Notes under the pieces: model-generated
The model's database searches: none
Told to the model about the DNA's origin: nothing
The model's input: only the letters and a program-made list of their open reading frames with translations
Part shown: positions 9,435 to 19,521 of the stretch, in pieces
Numbering within the stretch: position 1 is the stretch's first letter
How the letters are laid out: the number at the start of each line of letters is the position of its first letter
Virus record (IMG/VR): IMGVR_UViG_3300026158_000083
Location: 1-64,000 of that record
Reading direction: 5' to 3' (one strand)
Source of the DNA: a virus
Taxonomy: Duplodnaviria; Caudoviricetes
Length of the DNA: 64,000 nucleotides
Position numbers and translations under genes: made by a program

Positions 9435-9524
9435 ATGAAAAACAATAAATCAAATGTAATTTCAACAGCGCTGTACATTATAGCGTGGTTGTTAGTGGTG
9501 ATTTTGTTATTTAGCGATCACTAG
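9435..9524 (+). CDS. 29-aa single-transmembrane peptide
   Basis: MKNNKSNVISTALYIIAWLLVVILLFSDH; no clear RBS. Confidence 0.35.
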   Translation: MKNNKSNVISTALYIIAWLLVVILLFSDH

Positions 9525-9564
9525 CGCAGTGCTGTATAATGCGCATGAACTTGGAAGTATAAAC

Positions 9565-9993
9565 ATGCGAATTACGCTAGGAAGACCACTACCAAATGGC
9601 GTTGGCCGTGTTTCACAGTGGTTCGATGAGCATCCAGAATGGTATAAGCGCTTTGGCTTATACGCTCACAATGGTCTGGATTACTCAGCGCCACTCGGCA
9701 CGCCGGTCATCGCCGCGCACATCGGGGTCGTGCAAACTGGCAGCGATCCAAGCGGCTACGGCAACTACGTCAAGGTGATCGGTGCGCGCATGACAACGCT
9801 CTACGCACACCTGTCGCAAGTCACGGTGACGACGGGCCAGCGGGTACAGGCGGGCGAGCAGCTCGGGCTGGTGGGCAGTACGGGCAACTCGACGGGGCCG
9901 CATTTGCACTTCGGGCTGCGGATCGCGGGCGTGCGCAATCAGGCGTATGGCAACTGGCTCGATCCGATGTTAGGACGCATAAACGAGGAGTAA
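9565..9993 (+). CDS. M23 family metallopeptidase (endolysin-like or virion-associated)
   Basis: HxxxD (HNGLD), YAHL and GNSTGPHLHF motifs. Confidence 0.9.
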   Translation: MRITLGRPLPNGVGRVSQWFDEHPEWYKRFGLYAHNGLDYSAPLGTPVIAAHIGVVQTGSDPSGYGNYVKVIGARMTTLYAHLSQVTVTTGQRVQAGEQLGLVGSTGNSTGPHLHFGLRIAGVRNQAYGNWLDPMLGRINEE

Positions 9994-9996
9994 CAC

Positions 9997-10320
9997 ATGG
10001 CACTTACACCAGAACAACAGAACATTGTCGCAGAGTACACCCGGCAGCAGCGGGCCACCGTGGGCGAGTTCGCACGGCTGCTCAACCACATGGCCGCGCT
10101 CGATGCGATGTACGACGGGCAGGTGACGGCAGCCTGGGCTTCGCTGGCAGTGGGCGACGTGATAGCGGACGGTTCGGGCCTCGCGGGTGTGTCCTCGCTG
10201 ACGAAAGCCGAGATTGCGTCGATTGCGACGGCGATGCAAGCGATCCTGACGACCTACAATGGCGAGGCGCTGCGGCAACTCTACGTGCGCATGGCAGGCA
10301 TTTCCAACACAGTGGGCTGA
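9997..10320 (+). CDS. Hypothetical protein, probably structural
   Basis: GAGGAG RBS; tightly coupled to the beta-helix gene. Confidence 0.65.
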   Translation: MALTPEQQNIVAEYTRQQRATVGEFARLLNHMAALDAMYDGQVTAAWASLAVGDVIADGSGLAGVSSLTKAEIASIATAMQAILTTYNGEALRQLYVRMAGISNTVG

Positions 10321-10323
10321 TAA

Positions 10324-11463
10324 ATGGCAATCACTCACAATTACGTGGACTATGGCGCTGGCAACGACACCACGGGGGACGGCACAGTTGGCACACCGTG
10401 GAAGACGCTGCAAAAAGCGTTTGACACGCTGACGCGCAACACCACCGACGGCAACCAGGTCAACCTGAAGGCTGGCACGGCGCACGTCAACGCGGCTGCG
10501 CTTGATCTGACGACGTTAATCGCAGGCGGAGCATTGTCTGGCGTCGCGCCGCTTATCATTCGCGGCTACACCTCGGCGGCTAACGATGGCGGCATCGGGG
10601 AGATTGACTGTGGCGGGGCGACGATGTTCGCGGCAACGACGTATGACTATATCATAATGGCTGACCTGGAAATACATACGTTTGGCGACAATAATGGCCT
10701 GGTGCTGGATCAATATGCCACCCTGTACCATTGCGAAATACACAAAGGGGTAAGTTCGCCATCTGGTAAATCTCTCGTCACGTTGGGTCTGTACTCTAAG
10801 GCATTGGCGTGTTATTTACACGACATTGGCGCGGCGGCTTCCAGGGGCTTGCGATTAAATAATAACGGGCTGGTTATGTCCTGCTACGTGGACATGGGGG
10901 CTGATTCTACGTCATACGGCATTGATTTATTTGGCACTTTTAGTTACGCAATTGGCAATGTCGTAAAGTGCAGCAATGTCAATCAGTACGCGCTGTTTTT
11001 GTCCGCCGCTGACACGGCAATCGGGAATATTGCGTATAGCTCCACGAGCAGCACGAAGTACGGCATCTTTTTAGACAGTGCTACCTCGCTTTGGAGCGTT
11101 GCATTGAATAATATCGTCGTCGGATGGAGCGGTGCAGGTGGCAGCAGTATAAAGTTTTCGGGTGATGCTCAACTGGTCGGGCACAACGCCTTCTACAACA
11201 ACACGGCAAACTATACCGTTGTCGGTCAAACCTTCATCGACCTGACCGCTAACGACGTGGCGCTCGCGGCTGACCCGTTCACGGATGCGGCCAACGGCGA
11301 CTTCTCGCTGACCGCGGCGGCCAAGACGGCGCTCGCGGCGAAGGGCTTTCCGCTGGCATACCTCGGCGCGCACGCGAACACGGTGCCGAATCTCAACATC
11401 GGGCCGATCCAGTTGGCGGCAGGTCGGCCTGCGTTCGGGGATCGCTCAGGGGGTAAGTTCTGA
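10324..11463 (+). CDS. Right-handed beta-helix (pectate-lyase-like) protein, possible head spike
   Basis: YVD-GND-GDGT-PWKT start motif, Asn-ladder repeats (IGNVV, IGNIA, LNNIV, GHNAFYNN), DPFTDAANGDFSL end motif. Confidence 0.7.
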   Translation: MAITHNYVDYGAGNDTTGDGTVGTPWKTLQKAFDTLTRNTTDGNQVNLKAGTAHVNAAALDLTTLIAGGALSGVAPLIIRGYTSAANDGGIGEIDCGGATMFAATTYDYIIMADLEIHTFGDNNGLVLDQYATLYHCEIHKGVSSPSGKSLVTLGLYSKALACYLHDIGAAASRGLRLNNNGLVMSCYVDMGADSTSYGIDLFGTFSYAIGNVVKCSNVNQYALFLSAADTAIGNIAYSSTSSTKYGIFLDSATSLWSVALNNIVVGWSGAGGSSIKFSGDAQLVGHNAFYNNTANYTVVGQTFIDLTANDVALAADPFTDAANGDFSLTAAAKTALAAKGFPLAYLGAHANTVPNLNIGPIQLAAGRPAFGDRSGGKF

Positions 11464-13253
11464 TGCAAGTTGCAAACGGTTCGACAGACGTAAGCACTTA
11501 CTTTGTCCTGCGCGACTCCACGACGCACGCGCCTAAAACGGACGTGACCGTAACCGACATCGACCTGTATTACGTCGAACAGGGCGCGGCGATCTCGGCA
11601 AAAGCCGACGCCACTGCGCTGGCTGCGGCTGACTCGGCACATGGCGACAATCAGGCGTTTCATGTCGGGCAAGGCTTGTACCGCATTGATTGGCCCGATA
11701 ACTGCTTCAATGGCGGTGTAGGTAAGCTATGCGAGTTGATCGTCGTGTGTACTGGCGTTGATACCACGTTCCTCGAAGTCGAATTGACAGGTGTTGCACA
11801 GACCGGCGACAGCTATGCCATCGTCAACCATGCCGACTACGGCAACGCCAAGCTGGTGCGCTCAACCACTCCGGCGAACACTTTGACCGTAGATGCCTCG
11901 CACCAGGCGCTGGCACTGACGAACGCCGTCACGAACGATGCGATCACGGCGGCGGCGATTGCGAACGGCGCGATTGATGCGGCGACGTTTGCGGCAGGCG
12001 CGATTGATGCGGCGGCGATTGCAGACAACGCGATTGACAACGGCGCATTGGCCGCGGATGCGATCAGCGCGGCGAAGATCGCGGCTGACGTGACGACCGA
12101 ACTGCAAGCGGGTCTTGCGACGGCAACCGCGGCCTTGATCCTGGCTACGCCTGCTAACAAGTTGGTTACAGATGCGAGTGGCTACGTCAAGGTTTCGGGC
12201 GTCAAGAATACATTAGACTCCCTGAATGACATTGCTGCTGGCGAAGCCATGACGCTGACTGCCGCCTACGACGCAGCTAAGACCGCCGCGACACAGACCA
12301 GCGTAAACGCGATTGATGATTACGTAGATGCCGAGGTTGCGGCAATCAAGACAGTCACAGACAAGCTGGATACGGCACTGGAATTGGATGGCGCAGTATA
12401 TCGTTACACTACAAATGCACTGGAACAAGCGCCAACTGGTGGTTCTGCGCCTTCAGTTGATGATATTGCAACCAGACTGCTTGTTACACCTGCTAATAAG
12501 CTTGCCACCGATGCTACTGGCAATGTCAGTCTTACGTCTGCCTATGATGCAGCTAAGACCGCAGCCACGCAAACAAGCGTCAACGATTTGCCGACTAACA
12601 GCGAACTGGCAACGGCGCTGGCCGGGGCCGATGATGCTGTGCTAGCTGCCATCACTGGTCTGAACGACTTTGATCCGGCGGCAGACGTGGTTGCACACGT
12701 CACGCTCGTTGACACGACGACGACGAACACGGACATGATCGCGGCTGCGCCAAGTGCGACGGACATCAAGACCGCATTGGAAGCCGATGGATCGAAGCTA
12801 GATCACCTGTGGGAGATGACAGAGGACGATGGAGGGGTGCGGAGGTTGACGGCTAACGCGCTTGAAGAAGGATCATCTGGTACTGGTTTGGACGCTGCTG
12901 GTGTTAGAACGGCAATTGGGCTTGCTACGGCAAATCTCGATACGCAGCTTGCCAATATACCGGCAGATGTTGATACAGAGCTTTCTGCAACACACGGTGC
13001 TGGTGCGTGGGGCGCAAGTATGGGCGCTAGTTCAGTTACGTATACTGTAACCGTAGACGGATTGCCAAAGGACGGCGTGTATTGTAGAATGACTAGCGAT
13101 GCAGATGGTCTTGTCAATATAGATGCCGGATACAGCAATGCATTGGGTCAGGTGACATTCTATCATGACGTACCTAGCGGTACTACGGTATATATTTGGC
13201 GACAACTGGCAGGTATTAGCTTCACGAACCCGGATACTGAGGTGATTCCGTGA
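11463..13253 (+). CDS. Ala/Thr/Asp-rich repetitive fibre-like structural protein
   Basis: Tandem AIDAAAIA-type repeats; duplicated TPANKLxTDA and AYDAAKTAATQTSVN blocks. Confidence 0.65.
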   Translation: MQVANGSTDVSTYFVLRDSTTHAPKTDVTVTDIDLYYVEQGAAISAKADATALAAADSAHGDNQAFHVGQGLYRIDWPDNCFNGGVGKLCELIVVCTGVDTTFLEVELTGVAQTGDSYAIVNHADYGNAKLVRSTTPANTLTVDASHQALALTNAVTNDAITAAAIANGAIDAATFAAGAIDAAAIADNAIDNGALAADAISAAKIAADVTTELQAGLATATAALILATPANKLVTDASGYVKVSGVKNTLDSLNDIAAGEAMTLTAAYDAAKTAATQTSVNAIDDYVDAEVAAIKTVTDKLDTALELDGAVYRYTTNALEQAPTGGSAPSVDDIATRLLVTPANKLATDATGNVSLTSAYDAAKTAATQTSVNDLPTNSELATALAGADDAVLAAITGLNDFDPAADVVAHVTLVDTTTTNTDMIAAAPSATDIKTALEADGSKLDHLWEMTEDDGGVRRLTANALEEGSSGTGLDAAGVRTAIGLATANLDTQLANIPADVDTELSATHGAGAWGASMGASSVTYTVTVDGLPKDGVYCRMTSDADGLVNIDAGYSNALGQVTFYHDVPSGTTVYIWRQLAGISFTNPDTEVIP

Positions 13254-14137
13254 GCGATTGGGTCGGCAGCGGTTCAGTAATTTCAACGCCTGAATCAAGA
13301 TCATGTCTTGAATACCTAACCGTTGCCGACGTACGCGCTGAGTTTGGTGACGAAGTAGCCGAAGATACCGATATCAGCATTCAGCGCCGCATCGATCAAA
13401 TGTCTGCGTTTCTGGAAGATCAGATCGGGCACACTTTTGGACGAGCCATGATTGCGCGCTCTAGCGACGCCGATACTGTGTTGGTTACAGCTACTGAATT
13501 AGAGATCGGCGGTGCGCACTATACATTCGCCGATTATCCGACTCTGTCAGAACTGGCTTCTGCCGTAAACGCTACTACGGGCAATTACAGCGTAGAACTG
13601 TTGCCGCGCGTTCGGCCAGACACACCATCTACGCTACTCGCGCTGCATAGCGTTTCGGCCTGCGGACCGGATTACGATGATCGTACGGTTTTGTGTACGT
13701 CGTCAATGTACACGCGACTTACCGGACAGTACCAGTCACACATATTCTTGCCACTGGCGCTAAATTCAGTTTCTGCCGTCGTCGAAGATTTGGTCGCGCT
13801 GGCAACAACCGACTATTGGGCTATTCCTGGTGATGCGTGGCTGATTCGCAAGGCTTGCGGTTGTAATACGACTTGCGTGCACGCGCGCGGTCGTTGGTCA
13901 GCCGCTTATCCTGGCAATATCGCAGTTAGTTTTGTACCGTCATTTTGGGGTCGTGTGCCGGGTTCATTAAGTGGACTATTGCTAGAAGCTTTTAGCGCAC
14001 GAACAGGTCTGGCACCATTCAACTCTGAAACGTTCGGTGACTACAGTTACAAGCGGCCAGCGGCACCCGTAGCTGGCTGGAACGACATTTTGGGCAGTGG
14101 CGCATTGCGACAATACGCAACGCGTTTTCAACCGTAG
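13250..14137 (+). CDS. Head-tail adaptor/connector-like protein
   Basis: YLTVADVRA start and SETFGDYSYK end motifs typical of gp6-like adaptors. Confidence 0.7.
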   Translation: MSDWVGSGSVISTPESRSCLEYLTVADVRAEFGDEVAEDTDISIQRRIDQMSAFLEDQIGHTFGRAMIARSSDADTVLVTATELEIGGAHYTFADYPTLSELASAVNATTGNYSVELLPRVRPDTPSTLLALHSVSACGPDYDDRTVLCTSSMYTRLTGQYQSHIFLPLALNSVSAVVEDLVALATTDYWAIPGDAWLIRKACGCNTTCVHARGRWSAAYPGNIAVSFVPSFWGRVPGSLSGLLLEAFSARTGLAPFNSETFGDYSYKRPAAPVAGWNDILGSGALRQYATRFQP

Positions 14138-14153
14138 GTTAGTTTGAGGTGCT

Positions 14154-16829
14154 ATGACTGCTAAAGACGGCACGCCGCAAGCGGTGTGCTTCTATCCTCG
14201 CTTTGCTTCGCACGAATTAGGTGGCGTAGCTGTACATATCCGCTATCTGGCGCGCCATCTACAAAAACTTGGTTTTACAATTGTTGATACACCAGACGAA
14301 AACACGCTTATTCACGCGCACGCACAAGCGCGACCTGAAAACATAACGGTTTACTCAAATCATGGGATTTACCCGATAAAAGACAAAATGCCAGCGTGGC
14401 AGATTGGCACCAATGCCGCGATCTTCGACAATCTAAAACTAGCTACTGAAATTATTGCTGTCAGTAACTGGACGGCTAATCAATGGCAGCATTTGGTCGG
14501 ACGTCAACCGCATATCATTCACAATTCAATTGACATGGATGAGTGGCATAGTGCGCCTGCCGGTCAGTGGCGCGCACGACTAAAAGTGCCGAACAAAACG
14601 CCGCTAATTTTGTGGGGTAAGACTTCGCTTAGCGATGTGCTTGATCCAACACCGCTTATTGAATTGGCGCTTCATCATCCTAATATGCGCTTTGTCGCGC
14701 CATTGACGCCGCGCATGTTAACGACAAGTCTAAAAAACCTTTCACTAATTGGTCAACAGCCGTTTGAAGATATGCGCGCCTTGCTACAAGATTGCGATGT
14801 CTACTTGGCTACTGTGCAGGAAAATCATAGTATTCAAGTTCTGGAAGCTATGGCGCTGAAAAAGCCAATTTTAGGTTATAATTGGGGCGGTACTGGTGAA
14901 ACGTTAAATATTTCAGGCCAAACGCGCGGTGGCATTTTGACAGAGCCGCGCGATCTTATCAAATTGATCGCGTTATTGCCTGAAGTTTACGAACAGCGCG
15001 TCAAACTCGGTCAAGACGGTCACGAACTTGTTGCTGAATATTTTTCAGCAGCCAAGCAGATGCCTAAACTAGTAGAGGTGTACAAGATGGCGCTAGAAAA
15101 GAAACCAAGACAGTCTCGCGCATCACCTATAGTGCGTTGTTCAATCGTTATTCCGGTTTATAATAAGGGTCCCTACATTGGCGAAACGGTCAACAGCGCA
15201 TTGCGTCAGATCAACGCGCCCAAGCACGAAGTCATTGTCGTCGATGACGGTTCCACGGATGATTCGCTACTAAATGCAAGACGTGCGGCTGAAGGTCGCA
15301 CCAATATTCGCTTTTACTCACTGCCTAATGGCGGTGTTTCAGCGGCGCGCAATTTCGGCATAAGTCACGCGAAGGGCGAATATATTTGCTGTCTTGACGC
15401 CGATGACTTGATCGATCCTAATTTTCTAAGTCGTCTTTCAGCAGCACTGGATGCCGATCCTGGTCTTGGTATCGCCTATAGCGATTTTGTAGCTTTTGGC
15501 ACAAATCAAAGAGGCATGCCATTTGAAGCGCCAATAACCTGTGAAGAATACGATTTTGAAAAACTCAAGCGCGGCAATCTCATGCCGTGCTGTAATCTGT
15601 TTAGGCGCACGGCTTGGGAACGCGCAGGCGGCTATAAGCCAATCAATCCGTCGTGGGAAGATTACGAACTCTGGCTGAACATGGGCAAGCTTGGCTGGTA
15701 TGGCCGACGTGTGCCGGGTCATTTGTTCAAGTATCGCAAAGTGCCGAAGACTGGACGCGATTATCAGTCGCAGGGGCTGGAATGGAAACTGCGCGCGACG
15801 GTCAATAGCTATCATCGCGATCTTTATCCGCCGCTAGTAAGCATTATCATACCATGCTACAAACACAGTCATTTTTTGCGCACCGCCATTGATAGCGTTC
15901 TGGCGCAGACTTTCAACGATTACGAAGTGCTGGTTGTAGATGACGGTAATGATGCTGATGAGCTAAACTCAATTCGCGAAATTGTTGAAAGTTACGCCAA
16001 TCCAAACGTACGCGTGGTGCGTCACACACAGAATATGGGTCTTGCCGCCGCGCGTAACACTGGCGTAGAGATGGCGCGCGGTCAGTGGATCGTACCGCTA
16101 GATGCTGACGACAAGCTTGCGCATGAGTTTCTGGAAGAAGTGTTGCGCGCATCTGAGCAGTTGAATCCCAATCGCTTTGTCTATGCAGACACCTATTTGT
16201 GGTGGCCGGATGCCGATCCGGAAACTAAGCTGTTAGCCGCCAACGATTACAATTTTGACGAAAGTCTTAGCAAGATAACGTGGTCATGCACGATTTTGTT
16301 TCATCGTGATGCATGGCAACGCGTTGGTGGCTACAAACCGCAGATGTCGGAACTTGGCGGTTGGGAAGATTGGGAATTCGCGATTTCGTTGGGCGAAAAC
16401 GGTATTTGCGGCGTGCATGTTGCTAAGCCGTTATTCTATTATCGCCAACATTCTAATACGCAGATGCGCATGCAGGCCGAAAGCAATAAGCCAGTCTTGC
16501 AAGAGGCGATTCGTCGCTTGCATAGCGAAGTTTATCGCGGGGAGAGAACTCAAATGTGTTGTGGAGCAGGTAAACGCACGCGTCCTGTAGCGACCGTAGA
16601 TCAGACCGTACCCGTTGCGCGTACTATGCCGCAAATCGCAGCCGCAACTTCAAACACGAATGATCGTGTTTTGATTCGCTATGTCGGCACGCATCTAGGT
16701 TCGCAGACCTGGGTCGCGCCAAGCGGCGAACGCTATCGTTTCGGCTTGAATGATCCGCTGCAAAGGGTGCGCTATGAAGATGTTGACTTCTTTATCAGCC
16801 GCGGGCCATTTAGACAGGTAACAGCATGA
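14154..16829 (+). CDS. Tri-domain glycosyltransferase (GT4 + GT2 + GT2) with a small C-terminal domain
   Basis: GT-B: ENHSIQVLEAMA. GT-A 1: SIVIPVYN-VVDDGSTD-LDADD. GT-A 2: SIIIPCY-VVDDG-LDADD-WEDWE. Confidence 0.9.
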   Translation: MTAKDGTPQAVCFYPRFASHELGGVAVHIRYLARHLQKLGFTIVDTPDENTLIHAHAQARPENITVYSNHGIYPIKDKMPAWQIGTNAAIFDNLKLATEIIAVSNWTANQWQHLVGRQPHIIHNSIDMDEWHSAPAGQWRARLKVPNKTPLILWGKTSLSDVLDPTPLIELALHHPNMRFVAPLTPRMLTTSLKNLSLIGQQPFEDMRALLQDCDVYLATVQENHSIQVLEAMALKKPILGYNWGGTGETLNISGQTRGGILTEPRDLIKLIALLPEVYEQRVKLGQDGHELVAEYFSAAKQMPKLVEVYKMALEKKPRQSRASPIVRCSIVIPVYNKGPYIGETVNSALRQINAPKHEVIVVDDGSTDDSLLNARRAAEGRTNIRFYSLPNGGVSAARNFGISHAKGEYICCLDADDLIDPNFLSRLSAALDADPGLGIAYSDFVAFGTNQRGMPFEAPITCEEYDFEKLKRGNLMPCCNLFRRTAWERAGGYKPINPSWEDYELWLNMGKLGWYGRRVPGHLFKYRKVPKTGRDYQSQGLEWKLRATVNSYHRDLYPPLVSIIIPCYKHSHFLRTAIDSVLAQTFNDYEVLVVDDGNDADELNSIREIVESYANPNVRVVRHTQNMGLAAARNTGVEMARGQWIVPLDADDKLAHEFLEEVLRASEQLNPNRFVYADTYLWWPDADPETKLLAANDYNFDESLSKITWSCTILFHRDAWQRVGGYKPQMSELGGWEDWEFAISLGENGICGVHVAKPLFYYRQHSNTQMRMQAESNKPVLQEAIRRLHSEVYRGERTQMCCGAGKRTRPVATVDQTVPVARTMPQIAAATSNTNDRVLIRYVGTHLGSQTWVAPSGERYRFGLNDPLQRVRYEDVDFFISRGPFRQVTA

Positions 16830-17503
16830 AGACGTGGTTTATACCAACTGTCATGGTGCGCAATGAAGAACATCATATTGCGCAAGTGTTGCGACCGCTT
16901 GTTGCAGTTTGTGGTCACGTCATGCTCGGCGATACAGGTTCGACTGACAATACCGTAGCGATTGCCAAGCAAATCGACGGCGTAGAAATTATCGAATACG
17001 GCCAGCAATCGCAAATCGGTCTTACTGAAACGCGGCATAATTTGGGTCTACGCGTCAAAGAAAAAGGCTGCAAATGGCAGTTGCTGTGCGATGGCGATGA
17101 ACTGTACAATGTAACTACGTTGCAACACATCGCGAATGAAGGTATGCCGAATGACAAGTTGACCGGCTTCACGAAAATGAAGTCCATCGATGCCGATACA
17201 GATGGCTCGCTTTGGGAAATGAACGACAAGTTTTCGCGTGCCGCGCTTCTGCCAGCCGATACAACCTGGCATGGCATCTATCCATTCGATGTACCGGACT
17301 GTTATCGTTACGATGCTAAATACTATTATTTTTCACTAGCGCAGGGCTATGAATATCACGCCGTGCATTTGCATCGCTTGACACGCAGCCCGCAGGACGC
17401 CGATGTAGTTTTGCGCATGACAAAACAAAAGCAGTTTGCCATGCGCGACGTAATTGTGCCGCGCACGATTATCTTCGATCTGGATTGGTGGTGCCGACAA
17501 TGA
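16826..17503 (+). CDS. GT2-like glycosyltransferase
   Basis: VRNEE-GDTGSTDNT-CDGDE (DxD) motifs. Confidence 0.85.
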   Translation: MKTWFIPTVMVRNEEHHIAQVLRPLVAVCGHVMLGDTGSTDNTVAIAKQIDGVEIIEYGQQSQIGLTETRHNLGLRVKEKGCKWQLLCDGDELYNVTTLQHIANEGMPNDKLTGFTKMKSIDADTDGSLWEMNDKFSRAALLPADTTWHGIYPFDVPDCYRYDAKYYYFSLAQGYEYHAVHLHRLTRSPQDADVVLRMTKQKQFAMRDVIVPRTIIFDLDWWCRQ

Positions 17504-18171
17504 GTTTGCCGAAAATCAGCGTCATCATTCCATCGCGTGATCGACCGCAGGGTTTACTGGCCGCAATTGAGTCAATTCGCGCCACGCAGGGCGCTTACGA
17601 CGTTGAAATTATTGCGGTGTTAGATGAGCCTGACGAGCTTAGCCAAAAGACTTTGCTGGACGAACATTCTGACGTGAAGATCGTCATTGGTGGTCCAGGC
17701 GATTATTATCTTGGCAAACCACAGGACAAATACAATCTCGGCTACGCAGCTTCGACTGGCGAATGGATTGTTACCGGATCAGACGATATCACGTTTGAGT
17801 CGCAAGATTGGATCGGTGAGTGTCTGCGCTGCAATCGCGGCGGCTTCGTCGGCATCAGCGATGGCGGTCAAGATGTAAACTGGTGCTGTGTTATCCATAT
17901 GGCGTCGCGCGCGTATATTGACACAGTGATGCGCGGCTATCTCGGTCTGCCCTGGTATCATGTCTGGTGGGCCGACGTTGAGTGGACACAGCGTGCTAAA
18001 ATGTGCGGCTTGCACGCCGCGTGCACGACGATCAAGTTGACGCACCATCACTGGCTGCGCGGTAATGCGACTAAAGATACAATCGCGGAACTGGTACAAC
18101 AATTAGCGCCGGAAGATCAGAAGACCTATACCAGGCGTGTCGCGCGGCGCTTTGCAGATGATTTGCCATGA
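17500..18171 (+). CDS. GT2-like glycosyltransferase
   Basis: ISVIIPSRDR-GEWIVTGSDD-WWADVE motifs. Confidence 0.85.
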   Translation: MSLPKISVIIPSRDRPQGLLAAIESIRATQGAYDVEIIAVLDEPDELSQKTLLDEHSDVKIVIGGPGDYYLGKPQDKYNLGYAASTGEWIVTGSDDITFESQDWIGECLRCNRGGFVGISDGGQDVNWCCVIHMASRAYIDTVMRGYLGLPWYHVWWADVEWTQRAKMCGLHAACTTIKLTHHHWLRGNATKDTIAELVQQLAPEDQKTYTRRVARRFADDLP

Positions 18172-19178
18172 GGTGTGTAATGGAAAATACTTTTGATCGG
18201 CTAGAACGCGTTGAAAATCTACTGCGCGCTATGCTAGGTCGTTCTTCGCAGCGGCTCAGCGTCTTGATTACAGGCGGCACTGGTACGTTAGGGATCGCTC
18301 TAACCGAAGCGTTTATTAATAGAGGTTATACCGTAACTGTTGTTAGTCGCAATCCGCATCGTCAGAGTCAGTTCAAACAAAAATATCCTAACGTCGAGCT
18401 ATATTTGGCCGATATTTGCGATTACGAAACCATGCTGCGCGCGTGTACCGGCAAGGATATTGTTATTCACGCGGCGGCTCTGAAGCGTGTTGATATTGGC
18501 GAAAGCGAGATTGCTGAATTCGCGCGTGTCAACATCGACGGCACTAAGACTGTAGCAGATGCCTGTCGTGCCGCAGGTGTTGAACGCGCGTTGTTCATAT
18601 CTTCGGACAAGGCCGTCAGCGCGCTGAACTTTTACGGTGTCACCAAGGCCGCTGGCGAACGTATCTGGCTAGACCATCATGAAGGCAACAGCAATCTTGG
18701 TGTGCGCTTCAGCGCAGTGCGTTACGGCAACGTAATGGGTTCCAACGGCAGTGTGCTGCAAATTTGGCGCGAACGTTTGGCTAAGCAGTTGCCCATTGTC
18801 GTGCGTTCACCAAGCACAACGCGTTTCTTTATGCGCGTTGAAGACGCCGTGCAAATGATTTTTGACGCGCTGCTCTACATGCAGGGTAACGAGATTTTCG
18901 TGCCGCTAACTACACCAGCCTTCGCATTGCATGATGTAGCTTTGTGCGTTGCACCGCGCAGCGAGTGGTGCATAGAACCGCTAGGCCCGCGCGAGAAGCA
19001 GCACGAACTGCTTGTCGCACCCGGCGAATATTATGAGACTGTCAGCGACAGGCTGTGTAAGATCATTCCAGATGTACCTGGTGACTTTACGCTACCTGAT
19101 TGGGCTTGTTCAAGGACGACGCGTCAGCTTGACGGTAAGACGGTGATTGAGATGCTGGAGAAAAGCGATCATGCTTGA
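18168..19178 (+). CDS. NDP-sugar 4,6-dehydratase, PseB/FlaA1/CapD-like extended SDR
   Basis: TGGTGTLG, HAAALK, S-SDK, YGVTK and RYGNVMGSNGSV motifs. Confidence 0.9.
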   Translation: MRCVMENTFDRLERVENLLRAMLGRSSQRLSVLITGGTGTLGIALTEAFINRGYTVTVVSRNPHRQSQFKQKYPNVELYLADICDYETMLRACTGKDIVIHAAALKRVDIGESEIAEFARVNIDGTKTVADACRAAGVERALFISSDKAVSALNFYGVTKAAGERIWLDHHEGNSNLGVRFSAVRYGNVMGSNGSVLQIWRERLAKQLPIVVRSPSTTRFFMRVEDAVQMIFDALLYMQGNEIFVPLTTPAFALHDVALCVAPRSEWCIEPLGPREKQHELLVAPGEYYETVSDRLCKIIPDVPGDFTLPDWACSRTTRQLDGKTVIEMLEKSDHA

Positions 19179-19521
19179 TATTTTGCTTATCGGTTTAGCG
19201 GCATGGCGTTTGGCGCATATGCTGGTCAAAGAGGATGGCCCGTTTGAAATGTTCAGCAAGCTGCGTAAGTTAGTTGGTATCGAGCAGATTGTTGTGCGAG
19301 ACGGCGATAAAGTTGACGTTGCGCTAACAGCCAAAAACACGCTGGCGGAAGGTTTGCTGTGCGTGTGGTGCGTATCAGTGTGGACGGCTACGCTGTTGTA
19401 TGTCGGTACGCTGATCCCGCCTTTGCACGCGCCGTTTATATGGTTTAGTAGCATTTTGGCGATTAGCGCGCTAGCTATCGTCGTGCAGGAGTTTGTTACA
19501 GCTTTGCGGGGAGAAGAATAA
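19171..19521 (+). CDS. DUF1360-like membrane protein
   Basis: AAWRLAHML-DGPF-LR and LLCVWCVSVW (CxxC) in hydrophobic helices. Confidence 0.7.
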   Translation: MLDILLIGLAAWRLAHMLVKEDGPFEMFSKLRKLVGIEQIVVRDGDKVDVALTAKNTLAEGLLCVWCVSVWTATLLYVGTLIPPLHAPFIWFSSILAISALAIVVQEFVTALRGEE

